A stretch of 52,382 bases of DNA from Acidimicrobiia bacterium (GTDB taxonomy: Bacteria > Actinomycetota > Acidimicrobiia > Acidimicrobiales > Poriferisodalaceae). Where the stretch lies: contig JAJEIW010000002.1 of the NCBI GenBank assembly GCA_022828045.1, forward strand, positions 1 through 52,382, given 5' to 3'. The notes under the pieces were generated by a model. It had not been told where the DNA came from. It saw nothing but the letters and a program-made list of their open reading frames with translations, and did not search any database. Both the position numbers and the translations under genes were made by a program. Below are positions 8,691 through 17,884 of this stretch, in pieces (positions within the stretch are counted from its first letter, which is position 1; the number at the start of each line of letters is the position of its first letter).

Positions 8691-8714
8691 GGGCCACAGG
8701 TACGCTGCCCAGTC

Positions 8715-10082
8715 ATGGCCCAGAAGCGCTTCGTCGTGATTGGCGGTGGCCCGGCGGGTCACTCGGCGGCCACCTACGCGGCGCGCTACGGCGCAGAGGT
8801 GACGCTCATCGAGCGCGACATCGTCGGCGGGTCCGCCCACCTGCGCGACTGCGTGCCCTCCAAGACCATGATCGCCACGGGCTCGGCGCTCAGCTTCGCC
8901 GGGCACCTGGACGAACTGGGCCTCGCCAACGTGTCCACCTCCGTCGACACACCGCACCTGCGCCAGCGCATCGGCGATATCGAGGATCGGCTGGCCGATG
9001 TCGCCCGGCAGATGCTGGTCAGCCAGGGAGTGCAGATCTTCAAGGGCACGGGCCGACTGCTCGGGCCGAACGAGGTCTGCGCCGACACCCCCGACGGAGC
9101 GATCGAACTATCGGCTGATGTGATCGTGCTGTCCACCGGCAGCCGCCCCCGCATTCCGGACTGGGCGCCGATCGACGGCGAGCGCATTCTCACGACCCGT
9201 GACGCCTACCCGCCCGCAGAGCTGCCGGCACACCTGGTGGTGGTGGGCTCCGGGGTGACGGGCGTCGAGTTCGTGCACATGTTCACCTCGCTGGGTTCGA
9301 AGGTCACCTTGATCGTGAGCCGCCAGCAGGTGCTGCCGCACAAGGACCCCGAGGCCGCGGCGGTGCTCGAGCAGACGTTCGGCGATCTCGGCGTCGACAT
9401 GCTCAAGGGGGCTCGTGCGACGAGCATCGAGCGGCAGGGAGACGAGGTCAAGGTGGTCTGCAGCGACGGTCGGACCGTGCGCGCATCGCACGCCTTGCTC
9501 GCCATCGGCTCGATACCCAACAGCGACGGGCTGGGCCTGGACAACACAGAAGTCCATGTCGACGGTGAGGGGTTCGTGCAGGTCGATCACAACCTGTGCT
9601 CGTCGGTGCCGAGCATCTACGCGGCCGGCGACCTGTCGGGCAAGCTGCCGCTCTCGTCGGTGGCGGCCATGCAAGGGCGCAAGATCGTCGAGCACGCGAT
9701 GGGCTTGCACGAGACTCGCCCGCACCGCCATCTCGACTATGACAAGGCAGCCTCCGCCATCTTCACCGAGCCCGAGATCGCCGATGTCGGCCTTGCCGAG
9801 GCCGAGGCGTTCGCGACGGGTCGAAAGATCCGCGTCACCAAGGTGCCCTTCGGGGCGAACGCCAAGGCACTGGTAGAGGAGAACCCCCGCGGCTTCGTGA
9901 AGATCGTCTCGGACCCGCTGACAGGTCAGGTGCTGGGAGGATCCATCGTGGGCCGTCACGCCGCCGAGCTGATCTCGGTGGTGGCTCTTGCCGTCAGCGC
10001 GAACCTGCGAGTCCAGGACATCGCCGAGAGCCTGTTCGTATACCCGTCGTTGAGCGAGGCCCTCTCCGAGGCAGCTGAGTGA
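8715..10082 (+). CDS. lpdA: Pyridine nucleotide-disulfide oxidoreductase of the LpdA (NAD(P)H-quinone reductase-like) type, lacking the redox-active disulfide
   Basis: FAD site VVIGGGPAGHSAA and NAD site VVVGSGVTGVEF. The usual GGTCLNVGCIPSK is GGSAHLRDCVPSK here, with only one Cys. This matches what is described for M. tuberculosis LpdA (Rv3303c), as I recall it. Confidence 0.85.
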   Translation: MAQKRFVVIGGGPAGHSAATYAARYGAEVTLIERDIVGGSAHLRDCVPSKTMIATGSALSFAGHLDELGLANVSTSVDTPHLRQRIGDIEDRLADVARQMLVSQGVQIFKGTGRLLGPNEVCADTPDGAIELSADVIVLSTGSRPRIPDWAPIDGERILTTRDAYPPAELPAHLVVVGSGVTGVEFVHMFTSLGSKVTLIVSRQQVLPHKDPEAAAVLEQTFGDLGVDMLKGARATSIERQGDEVKVVCSDGRTVRASHALLAIGSIPNSDGLGLDNTEVHVDGEGFVQVDHNLCSSVPSIYAAGDLSGKLPLSSVAAMQGRKIVEHAMGLHETRPHRHLDYDKAASAIFTEPEIADVGLAEAEAFATGRKIRVTKVPFGANAKALVEENPRGFVKIVSDPLTGQVLGGSIVGRHAAELISVVALAVSANLRVQDIAESLFVYPSLSEALSEAAE

Positions 10083-11683
10083 GCCAGCGCAGCTGGCGGG
10101 CTCGCCTCATTCTTGTCTCGCTGGCGGTGCTGACCTTCGTCGGGGCGGCGGCGACCGGCGTGTCGGCCTACGTGCTGGTGCAGCTCGGGCGGATCGAACG
10201 CCACGACCTGGCCGGTGTGCTGACGTCGGCGCCACAGCAGCCGGTGACCGCAGCGGACGTTCTTTTCGACCGGCCGATCACCATGGCAGCAGCCTCTGAC
10301 AGCTCGGCGGGTGCGGGCGGCGCTGGCAGCGATGCGTCGGACAGGCCGGGCGACGGCGTCGCGCCGGTCACACCCGCCGATGTCGCCTCGGCTCTGGCAC
10401 GCGCAGCGGACGCACCCGATGGCGAACCGGCGCTGCCGGGGGGCCCAGCCGGCGAGAACTACTTGCTCGTCGGCACCGACAGCACCCTGGGCCTTGCTTC
10501 CGACGATCCGCTGCGCGCCGGCCACTTCGACGACAGCCGGCTCGCGGACGTGATCATGGTGATCCGCCTGCGCCACGACGGCACCGCGGCGATGATGTCC
10601 ATCCCGCGGGATCTGGCGGCAGAGATAGCCGGCACGAGCGATATCGCCGGCAACGGAGTCATCGCCAAGATCAACAGCGCTTACAACCGCGATCGCGCCA
10701 CGGCGGGACGCGCGGCCCGCCTGATCGACACAGTCGAGGAGAACCTCGACATCACCCTGCAGCACTTCGTGGAGGTGGACTTCCAGGCGTTCCTGCGCAT
10801 GGTGGATGCAATCGGCGGCATCACGATGACCTTTGACCGGCCGTTGCGTGACCAGCCGAAGGAGGACGCAACCGATCCGACGGACAGCCGGAGCGGGTTC
10901 TTCACCAGCGCGGGCACCCATCTCCTCGACGGCAGGCAGGCGCTTGCGTACGTTCGCAGTCGCCATCTCGAAGAGCAGCAGGCTGACGGAACCTGGCAGC
11001 GGCATGGCGCCTGGAATGATCTCGCCCGCAACAGCCGCCAGCGCGAGTTCATGCGCATTGCGGCCGCGCAGGCTGCATCCGGTTTGCTCAACAACCCGAT
11101 CCGGTTGCTCTCGGTGCTCGACATCGCAGCCGACCACCTGTCCACGTCGGACACGCTGAGCATCACCAACGATGGCCGGAGACTCGCGGACAGATTTGCC
11201 GGTCTCGATGTCGGTGCCGACATCGAGGAGTACAAGCTGAAGGTGGTCGATGTTCACGATCCAGTGCGCTGGTCGCTCGGGCTCGATCCGCAGCGCGCCG
11301 AGCACAACCAGCGCGTGCTGGATGTGTTCCGGGGTATTGGCTGGGATGACATCGTCGAGCGGCGCGTTCGAGTTCAGGTCACCGGCATCCAGCGCCACCG
11401 GATCGCCTCCGAGCTGAACGAGCTCGGCTTCGTTGCAGAGGCTGCAGGGGCGTTGCCGCCCGGTGTCGAAGCAGCGCCGCAGGGCACTGTCATCTACCTG
11501 GCTCCCGACGGCCGTCTCTCCGCAGGACTGCTCGCCAGCCGCTTGGTGCCTGTGCCAGACTTCGCCGGCCATGACGACCTCGAGGCCACCACGGTGATCC
11601 TGCACGTCAGCGGAGAGATGCCTCGCATCGATCCCGGGTACCGCAGAGTCGACGTCCCGACTGCAGCCGAACTCGCATCATGA
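10079..11683 (+). CDS. LytR-CpsA-Psr (LCP) family cell-wall glycopolymer ligase with C-terminal LytR_C-like domain
   Basis: N-terminal TM helix, then LCP motifs NYLLVGTDS, ADVIMVIRL, SIPRDL, INSAYN and LDGRQALAYVRSRH. The GTG start overlaps the lpdA-like stop (GTGA at 10079-10082). Confidence 0.9.
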   Translation: MSQRSWRARLILVSLAVLTFVGAAATGVSAYVLVQLGRIERHDLAGVLTSAPQQPVTAADVLFDRPITMAAASDSSAGAGGAGSDASDRPGDGVAPVTPADVASALARAADAPDGEPALPGGPAGENYLLVGTDSTLGLASDDPLRAGHFDDSRLADVIMVIRLRHDGTAAMMSIPRDLAAEIAGTSDIAGNGVIAKINSAYNRDRATAGRAARLIDTVEENLDITLQHFVEVDFQAFLRMVDAIGGITMTFDRPLRDQPKEDATDPTDSRSGFFTSAGTHLLDGRQALAYVRSRHLEEQQADGTWQRHGAWNDLARNSRQREFMRIAAAQAASGLLNNPIRLLSVLDIAADHLSTSDTLSITNDGRRLADRFAGLDVGADIEEYKLKVVDVHDPVRWSLGLDPQRAEHNQRVLDVFRGIGWDDIVERRVRVQVTGIQRHRIASELNELGFVAEAAGALPPGVEAAPQGTVIYLAPDGRLSAGLLASRLVPVPDFAGHDDLEATTVILHVSGEMPRIDPGYRRVDVPTAAELAS

Positions 11684-13044
11684 CCGACGCTGCGGCCGGG
11701 CATCGAATCCTCGTCGTCGGCGCCGGGTATGTCGGGCTGACCACCGCCGCGTGCTTCGCCCACCTCGGCCATGACGTCATCTGCGCTGACATCGACCGGG
11801 CCAAGGTGGCGTCGCTGTCCGCCGGCATCGTGCCCATCCGCGAGAACGACCTGGAAGGGCTGGTGAGCGAGGGCATCGCACAGCGGCGGCTGCGGTTCGT
11901 GATCTCGGCGACAGCGGTCGCGGCGACCTGCGACTTCGTGTTCCTGTGCGTCCCGACGCCCCTGCGCGCCGATGGCGAGACCGAGTTGGGCTATCTCATG
12001 TCGGCACTCGATTCGGTGGCAACCAGCCTGCGGCCTGGTTCTGTGGTCGTCACCAAGTCCACGGTGCCCGTGGGCACGGCGCCGAAGATCGGCGCGGCGC
12101 TGGGACGCACCGATGTGGCGCTGGCGTCGAATCCTGAGTTCCTGCGGGAGGGTTCTGCGGTCGCCGACTTCTTGGCGCCGGACCGGATCGTCATCGGTTC
12201 TGAGGATCACTCGGTCGCGCAGCGGGTTGCGGCGCTCTACGAGAACGTCGACGCGCCGCTGATCTTGTGCGATCCCACCTCGGCTGAGACGGTCAAGTAC
12301 GCGGCCAACGCCTTCCTGGCGGCCAAGGTCTCCTTCGTGAACGCGTTGGCGGCGGTGTGCGAGGCTGTCGACGCAGACGTCGACGTGGTGCTCGAAGGCG
12401 TGGGCACTGACCATCGCATCGGCTCGGCGTACCTGCAGCCGGGTCCCGGCTGGGGAGGCTCGTGCCTGCCCAAGGACACCCGGGCATTGGTGGGGGTCGC
12501 GAGTGATGCCGGCTATGTGTTCGACCTGCTCGAGGGCGTCATCGCTGTGAACGAGCAGCAGCTCGACCGGGTCGTTGCCAAGGTGGCGCGCGCCGCGCAT
12601 GGAGGCACCGGCGCCGAGCGAGTCGAGTCGGAGAGCGACGAGCCGGATCTGGACGGCATCGATGTGGCCGTGCTGGGGCTGACGTTCAAGGCCGGCACCG
12701 ATGACCTGCGCGGCTCTCCCGCGATCAGGGTGGCGGAGCGGTTGCGCGGCGCCGGTGCGCGCCTGGCGGCCTACGACCCGGCGCTGGGGAGCAACCTCGA
12801 CGAGCGCCCCGATCTCGAGGCCCATCTTCCCGACGGTCTCATCCTCAGCAGCTCTGCGCTCGAGGCCGTGCGCGGCGCCAATGTCGCCGTCGTGCTCACC
12901 GAGTGGCCCGAGTTTGGTTCCCTCGACTGGGAGCGAGCTGCCGACGAGATGGCGACCGCTCGTATCGTCGACGCCCGCAACATGCTCGACCCCAGCAAGC
13001 TGCGTGCCGCGGGATTCCTCTACGTGGGGCTCGGCCGGCGCTGA
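11680..13044 (+). CDS. ugd: UDP-glucose 6-dehydrogenase
   Basis: Rossmann N-terminus ILVVGAGYVGLTTAACFA and catalytic Cys region GPGWGGSCLPKDTRAL. The start overlaps the LCP stop (ATGA at 11680-11683). Confidence 0.9.
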   Translation: MTDAAAGHRILVVGAGYVGLTTAACFAHLGHDVICADIDRAKVASLSAGIVPIRENDLEGLVSEGIAQRRLRFVISATAVAATCDFVFLCVPTPLRADGETELGYLMSALDSVATSLRPGSVVVTKSTVPVGTAPKIGAALGRTDVALASNPEFLREGSAVADFLAPDRIVIGSEDHSVAQRVAALYENVDAPLILCDPTSAETVKYAANAFLAAKVSFVNALAAVCEAVDADVDVVLEGVGTDHRIGSAYLQPGPGWGGSCLPKDTRALVGVASDAGYVFDLLEGVIAVNEQQLDRVVAKVARAAHGGTGAERVESESDEPDLDGIDVAVLGLTFKAGTDDLRGSPAIRVAERLRGAGARLAAYDPALGSNLDERPDLEAHLPDGLILSSSALEAVRGANVAVVLTEWPEFGSLDWERAADEMATARIVDARNMLDPSKLRAAGFLYVGLGRR

Positions 13045-13121
13045 CGTCGGCGCATCGGACCAGCCGCCCCCCGCAGCGGGCGCACCCATCGGCCCTGCGC
13101 GCCGGTAGCTTGTCGGCCCGT

Positions 13122-13970
13122 ATGGCGAGATCGGCCGCAGCCAAGAAGGTTGCCAAGGCTGCCAGCGCGGGCGGAGCCGGCAAGGGCTTCGGGGCGCGGC
13201 GAAACCTCCTGTTTCCCGCGGCGATGCTGCTGGTCGTCGCCTTGGGCGTCGTGCTGATCCTGTTCGCACGCTCCGAGCGGGCGGCCAACGCTCCCGCCGG
13301 CCCGCCACGGCTCGGCGACCACTGGCACTCGCTCTACGCGATCTACGACTGCGACGATTTCGTCGGGGACGTCTACCCCAACGACGTCGACGACCGGTCC
13401 GGCATCCACACCCACGGCGACGGGTTGATTCACATCCATCCGTTCCACACCGGTGTCACGGGCCAGTTCGCCACCGTCGGGGCGTTCATGCGTGAGATCG
13501 AGGTCCAATTCGACGATTCGAGAATCGAGCTGCCCGATGGCACGATCCTCGACGAGTCGGGCGACGGCTGCGCCTCGCCGGATCCCAGCAGCGATGATCC
13601 CGCGATTGCCGAGCCGGGTGCGGAGCTGCGGGTCATGCGCTGGGAGACGCTGCAGGCCGAGAAAGCGCTGGCGTTCACCGACAACCTGCGAGATGTGCGC
13701 TTCCTGAGCGACGGCCAGATCTTCGTGTTTGCATTCGTCCATCCCAGCGTCGACAACGCCGACGTGCCGCGACCCGACGATGCATTCCTGCGCTCGTATC
13801 TGAATCTGCCGCCGGAAAATCAGCCCCTCATCGACGACGTGCAGCTCGAGGAGGGGCCGGTGCTGGGCGGTCCCGATGAGAGCGAGCCGGCCCCCGCCGA
13901 TCTGCCGGTCACCTCCGAGCCGGCCGAGGGCGAGTCCGGATCCGGCGACGAGACTGACTCGGGAGCCTGA
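13122..13970 (+). CDS. Hypothetical membrane-anchored protein with His-rich motif and acidic C-terminal tail
   Basis: Internal ATG 13122 of track ORF 12903..13970 (upstream part overlaps ugd). It reads MARSAAAKKVAKAAS...LLFPAAMLLVVALGVVLILFA (TM), then GDHWHSLYAIYDCDD...SGIHTHGDGLIHIHPFH, then an acidic tail ...EPAEGESGSGDETDSGA. Confidence 0.6.
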   Translation: MARSAAAKKVAKAASAGGAGKGFGARRNLLFPAAMLLVVALGVVLILFARSERAANAPAGPPRLGDHWHSLYAIYDCDDFVGDVYPNDVDDRSGIHTHGDGLIHIHPFHTGVTGQFATVGAFMREIEVQFDDSRIELPDGTILDESGDGCASPDPSSDDPAIAEPGAELRVMRWETLQAEKALAFTDNLRDVRFLSDGQIFVFAFVHPSVDNADVPRPDDAFLRSYLNLPPENQPLIDDVQLEEGPVLGGPDESEPAPADLPVTSEPAEGESGSGDETDSGA

Positions 13971-13994
13971 GGGCCGACCCGGGGCGTCTCCACC

Positions 13995-15026
13995 ATGAAG
14001 GCGATCTTGCTGCTGGGCGGCTTCGGCACCCGGCTGCGCCCGCTGACCGACGACATCCCCAAGCAGATGCTGCCGGTGTGCGGGCGCCCGATGATCGAGT
14101 GGGTCTGCGAGCACCTCGCGCGTCACGGCGTGTCCGAGGTGGTGCTGTCTCTGGGCTACCGCGCCGATGCCTTCACCGGCGCATACCGGCGGGGACGGAT
14201 CGGGCCGCTCGACTACCGGGTGGCCGTCGAGCCAGAACCCCGCGGCACTGCGGGAGCCGTGCGGTTTGCTGCGGAGGCCACGGGCATCGACGGATCATTC
14301 CTGGTGCTGAACGGCGATGTGCTGACCGATCTCGACATCGGGGCGCTGGCGAGATTCCACGCGGAGTCCGGCGCCGAGGCCACGATCGCGCTCCAGCCGG
14401 TGGCGGACCCGACGCCGTTCGGCCTCGTGGTTGCCGACGAATCGGGCCGAGTGCTGTCGTTCTCGGAGAAGCCCGAGCCCCATGTGGTGCTCCCTGGTGG
14501 TCCGCGCAGCCAATGGCCCACGATCAGCGCAGGCACCTACGTGCTGACGCCTGCCGTGCTGGATCGCATTGCTCCGGGGCGTGCAGTCTCGATCGAGCGG
14601 GAGGTCTTCTCCCGCATTGCCGCGGACGGGATGTTGGCGGCGCTGGTCTCGGATTCCTACTGGCTCGATACGGGCACCCCGCAGCACTATGTGACGGCCA
14701 ATCTCGACATCCTCGAGGGCCGGCGAGCGGCGGTCAAGGTGACGGACAGCGCTGTGGATCTCTCCGTCACCGTCCATCCCGACGCTCGCATCCGGACTTC
14801 GGCCATCGGCAACGGGTGCGTGATCGGGCCTGATGCCGTCGTGCAACGGTCCGTGCTGGGGGCGGGCTGCCGCATCGAGCCGGGAGCTGTCGTGTGCGAT
14901 TCGGTGATCGGCGCCGATGTCACGGTCGGGGCGGCAGCGATGCTTACCGAGTATTCGGTGGTCGGCGCCGGTCAGCACGTCGCTCCAGGAGCGCGCCTGC
15001 GAGCGATGCGCCAACCCGCCGCCTGA
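13995..15026 (+). CDS. manC: Sugar-1-phosphate nucleotidyltransferase, most likely mannose-1-phosphate guanylyltransferase (N-terminal NTP-transferase plus C-terminal hexapeptide beta-helix)
   Basis: MKAILLLGGFGTRLRPLTDDIPKQMLPV signature. The C-terminal half has hexapeptide-repeat character. It is positionally equivalent to Rv3264c in the mycobacterial synteny. Confidence 0.85.
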   Translation: MKAILLLGGFGTRLRPLTDDIPKQMLPVCGRPMIEWVCEHLARHGVSEVVLSLGYRADAFTGAYRRGRIGPLDYRVAVEPEPRGTAGAVRFAAEATGIDGSFLVLNGDVLTDLDIGALARFHAESGAEATIALQPVADPTPFGLVVADESGRVLSFSEKPEPHVVLPGGPRSQWPTISAGTYVLTPAVLDRIAPGRAVSIEREVFSRIAADGMLAALVSDSYWLDTGTPQHYVTANLDILEGRRAAVKVTDSAVDLSVTVHPDARIRTSAIGNGCVIGPDAVVQRSVLGAGCRIEPGAVVCDSVIGADVTVGAAAMLTEYSVVGAGQHVAPGARLRAMRQPAA

Positions 15027-15036
15027 GCTTGGGGCG

Positions 15037-15747
15037 CTAGCGGAAAAGGTCCTCTGCGGGGTCACGGATGATCTCCGAGCGCACCGATGCCCGCCGCAGC
15101 CAGCTCGCCTCCAAGCCCCGCACTATGGCGACCGGCACGCCCCGCGCTTTGCCGCACACCAGGTCGGCCGCCGAGGCGATCTCGTCCGCGATGCACACCT
15201 CAGTCACCATCAGCTCACGGCCGAGCGCGTCTTCGGTGCCCTTCAGATCGACCACCGCTGCGACGCCTGCGCACCCGATGGCCACGTCGGTGACGCCGCG
15301 TCGCCATGGCCGGCCGAACGTGTCGGAGATGATCACCCCGACGGTGCGGCCCGACAGCGCCCGGATGCGCTCGCGGATCTTGTTGGCGGAGCGGTCGCTG
15401 TCGTCGGGCAGCAGTGCCGCATAGCCCCGCTCGACGTTCGAGAGGTCAATACCCGCGTTCGCGCAGATGAACCCGTGCTTGGTCTCGCTGATGATGAGGT
15501 CGCCGCGGCGGCGCAGGATGCGGACCGACTCTCGCTCGACGAGGGGCTTGTGCGACAGCGGGTCGTCGGGGTTGATCTGTTCCATGGCGCCCTCGGCCTT
15601 GGAGACGATCTTCTGGGTCACCACCAGCACGTCGCCGTCGCGCAGGCCGACGGGCGATGCGTCGCAGGCACTCCAGATGACGGCGCCGAGATCCTCGCCG
15701 TGAGCGATCTCGCCGATGCCCTCGACGGGAAGCAGTTCGACAGTCAT
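15037..15747 (-). CDS. cofE: Coenzyme F420-0:L-glutamate ligase, single-domain CofE
   Basis: GDVLVVTQKIVSKAEG, ETKHGFICANAGIDLSNV, GVIISDTFGRPWRRG. At 236 aa it has no C-terminal nitroreductase-like domain. Confidence 0.9.
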   Translation of the reverse strand: MTVELLPVEGIGEIAHGEDLGAVIWSACDASPVGLRDGDVLVVTQKIVSKAEGAMEQINPDDPLSHKPLVERESVRILRRRGDLIISETKHGFICANAGIDLSNVERGYAALLPDDSDRSANKIRERIRALSGRTVGVIISDTFGRPWRRGVTDVAIGCAGVAAVVDLKGTEDALGRELMVTEVCIADEIASAADLVCGKARGVPVAIVRGLEASWLRRASVRSEIIRDPAEDLFR

Positions 15748-15763
15748 GCGGTGCCCGTTTCTG

Positions 15764-16714
15764 TCATTGTCCGCTCACGGCTTCGAGCGTCGTACGAGCC
15801 AGCGCGGCGGCCCGCTCTGGGCTGCTCATGATGGAGTCGGTGACCACGGGTGTCATCCCAGCATCGGCCACGGCATCGGCCAAGTCACGGTCGGCATTGT
15901 CGATCACCAACGTGCCGGCGAATTCGACATACAGCCGGGCGATTCCCACGACGCTGGGCTCGTGGCCCAGATCGCGCATCATCGCGCCCGCCGGTCCCTT
16001 GATCGATGCGCCGCCCACGATGGGCGACACGGCGGCGACGCTGTCGCGACGCCGGGCCAGCGTGTCGCGGATTGTCGGCACGCCGACGACCGGCCCGATC
16101 GAGACGAACGGGTTGGACGGCGCCACGATGACATCTGCGGTGCTCAGCGCGTCGAGCACACCGGGTGCGGGCTGGGCGGCATCAATGCCGGCAAAGCGAA
16201 CCGAGCGCACCGCGATGCCGTGACGCTGTGCGACGAAGTAGTCTTGGAAGTCGATCTCGGAAGCGTCTGCGGGTTCCGCAGGAGTGATGCGAGTCTGGAT
16301 CGGATCGTCGCTGACCGGCAGCAGCCTCAGCTCGAGCCCGAAGCTGGCGGCAATCTCGCTGGTCACCTCCGACAGCGTCGCGCCCTCGCTTCGGCGCTGT
16401 GTGCGGAACAGGTGCAGCGCCAAGTCCAGGTCGCCGAGCTGGAACCAGTCCTGCCCGCCGAGCCGCCCGAGTTCGGTGAGCACCCGCCAGGTCTCGTCGG
16501 CTCGCCCCCAGCCGGTCTCGGTGTTGATCTGTTCGGCGAGCGTGTAGGTCACCGTGTCGAGGTCGGGGCTGATGTGCAGGCCGTGCAGCGTGAAATCGTC
16601 GCTCACATTCACAATCGCGGTCACATCTGCAGGACGATGCACACGCAGGAGCCCGCGCAGGAACCGCGCCGCGCCGACGCCGCCGGCCAGCACTGTCACA
16701 CGACCCGTTCGCAC
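15764..16714 (-). CDS. cofD: 2-phospho-L-lactate (or EPPG) transferase CofD/FbiA
   Basis: VTVLAGGVGAARFLRGL...VNVSDDFTLHGLHISPDLDTVTYTLA. Track ORF 15764..17026 extends about 100 aa upstream into gmd. GTG 16714 (VRTGRVTVLAGG...) or GTG 16699 is the likely start. Confidence 0.9.
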   Translation of the reverse strand: MRTGRVTVLAGGVGAARFLRGLLRVHRPADVTAIVNVSDDFTLHGLHISPDLDTVTYTLAEQINTETGWGRADETWRVLTELGRLGGQDWFQLGDLDLALHLFRTQRRSEGATLSEVTSEIAASFGLELRLLPVSDDPIQTRITPAEPADASEIDFQDYFVAQRHGIAVRSVRFAGIDAAQPAPGVLDALSTADVIVAPSNPFVSIGPVVGVPTIRDTLARRRDSVAAVSPIVGGASIKGPAGAMMRDLGHEPSVVGIARLYVEFAGTLVIDNADRDLADAVADAGMTPVVTDSIMSSPERAAALARTTLEAVSGQ

Positions 16715-16793
16715 GGGCTGTGACGCTAACTGTTGTTCGGCGCGAAGGGCCGTGGTGCCTCCGCGCCAGGCGCGGCCGACTGGCCTGGCGCCA

Positions 16794-17774
16794 TCAGGCG
16801 AGCTTGCGCTGCTCGACTTCCAGGTCGTGGGCCACCATCGTGGCGACGAGCTCGTCGAATGACATCTGCGGCGCCCAGCCGAGGACTCGTCGTGCCTTGG
16901 ATGCATCGCCCACCAGCAGGTCGACCTCGGCCGGGCGAAAGAAGCGGGGATCGATGCGCACGTGGCGCTCCCAGTCGTCGATCCCGGCCGCTGCGAATGC
17001 CAGCTCCACGAACTCGCGCACGGCATGGGTCTGCCCGGTCGCGATGACGAAGTCGTCGGGTTCGGGCTGCTGGAGCATCAGGTGCATCGCCTGCACGTAG
17101 TCGCCGGCGAAGCCCCAGTCGCGCTTGGCGTCGAGATTGCCCAGCGCTACCTCGTCCTGCAGGCCGAGCTTGATCCTCGCGACTGCGCTGGTCACCTTGC
17201 GCGTGACGAACTCCTGGCCCCGGCGTGGCGACTCGTGATTGAACAAGATGCCGCTGCATGCGAACAGCCCGTAGCTCTCGCGATAGTTGACCGTGGTGTG
17301 GTGACCGAACACCTTGGCTGATCCGTAGGGGCTGCGCGGATGCAGCGGCGTGAGCTCGCTCTGCGGCGTCTCGCGCACTTTGCCGAACATCTCGCTGGAA
17401 GAAGCTTGGTAGAACCGGATCGGGTTCGGGCTGCCGCCGACGAGACGGATGGCTTCGAGCAGTCGCAGCACACCCAAGCCGCTGATGTTGGCTGTCAGCT
17501 CGGGCTGCTTGAACGACAGCGCCACGAAGCTGATGGCGCCCAGGTTGTAGACCTCGTCAGGCTGGGAGTACTCGAGGGCGGCGATGAGCGATGCCAGATC
17601 CTGCAAGTCGCCCTCCACCAGCTCCACGAAGGGCAGCGCGCTGGCCACGGTTTCGGCCCGGGCATTCCGCTGGCCGCTGATCAGTCCGAACACCCGGTAG
17701 CCCTTGCCGTGCAGCAGTTCGGCCAGGTACTGGCCGTCCTGTCCGGTGATGCCGGTGATGAAGGCTGTGGTCAT
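16794..17774 (-). CDS. gmd: GDP-mannose 4,6-dehydratase
   Basis: [21 protein letters not shown], catalytic [21 protein letters not shown]. The ATG at 17774 is internal to track ORF 16794..17867. Confidence 0.92.
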   Translation of the reverse strand: MTTAFITGITGQDGQYLAELLHGKGYRVFGLISGQRNARAETVASALPFVELVEGDLQDLASLIAALEYSQPDEVYNLGAISFVALSFKQPELTANISGLGVLRLLEAIRLVGGSPNPIRFYQASSSEMFGKVRETPQSELTPLHPRSPYGSAKVFGHHTTVNYRESYGLFACSGILFNHESPRRGQEFVTRKVTSAVARIKLGLQDEVALGNLDAKRDWGFAGDYVQAMHLMLQQPEPDDFVIATGQTHAVREFVELAFAAAGIDDWERHVRIDPRFFRPAEVDLLVGDASKARRVLGWAPQMSFDELVATMVAHDLEVEQRKLA

Positions 17775-17884
17775 CAGGCGAGCCTCTCCAGCTGTGGCGC
17801 TGCCGATTCTGTCCTTGCTGAGCTTCCAGTATGGGGCGGGAGGGGTCTGCCAGTACAGCGACTTCATGGGTTACCTTGCGGCAG

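Noticed and set aside
8635-8739. Small ORFs starting at the conserved CATGA of the intergenic repeat (8635..8739 and 46441..46494), whose peptides look superficially similar (MKTRSRSGKHGGRDD / MRTGTRAGCNGRRDE)
   Set aside because: The best nucleotide alignment of the two copies needs indels that break the frame. The lengths differ (34 versus 17 aa), and copy A's ORF runs into the lpdA-like gene. The similarity is better explained at the nucleotide level.
16715-17026. N-terminal ~100-aa extension of the cofD ORF; likewise the 5' extensions of track ORFs 33577..35337, 38527..39537, 41950..43593, 12903..13970 and 24390..26195
   Set aside because: The extensions overlap the preceding genes, are low-complexity, and precede the point where family similarity begins. 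Internal starts give typical protein lengths.
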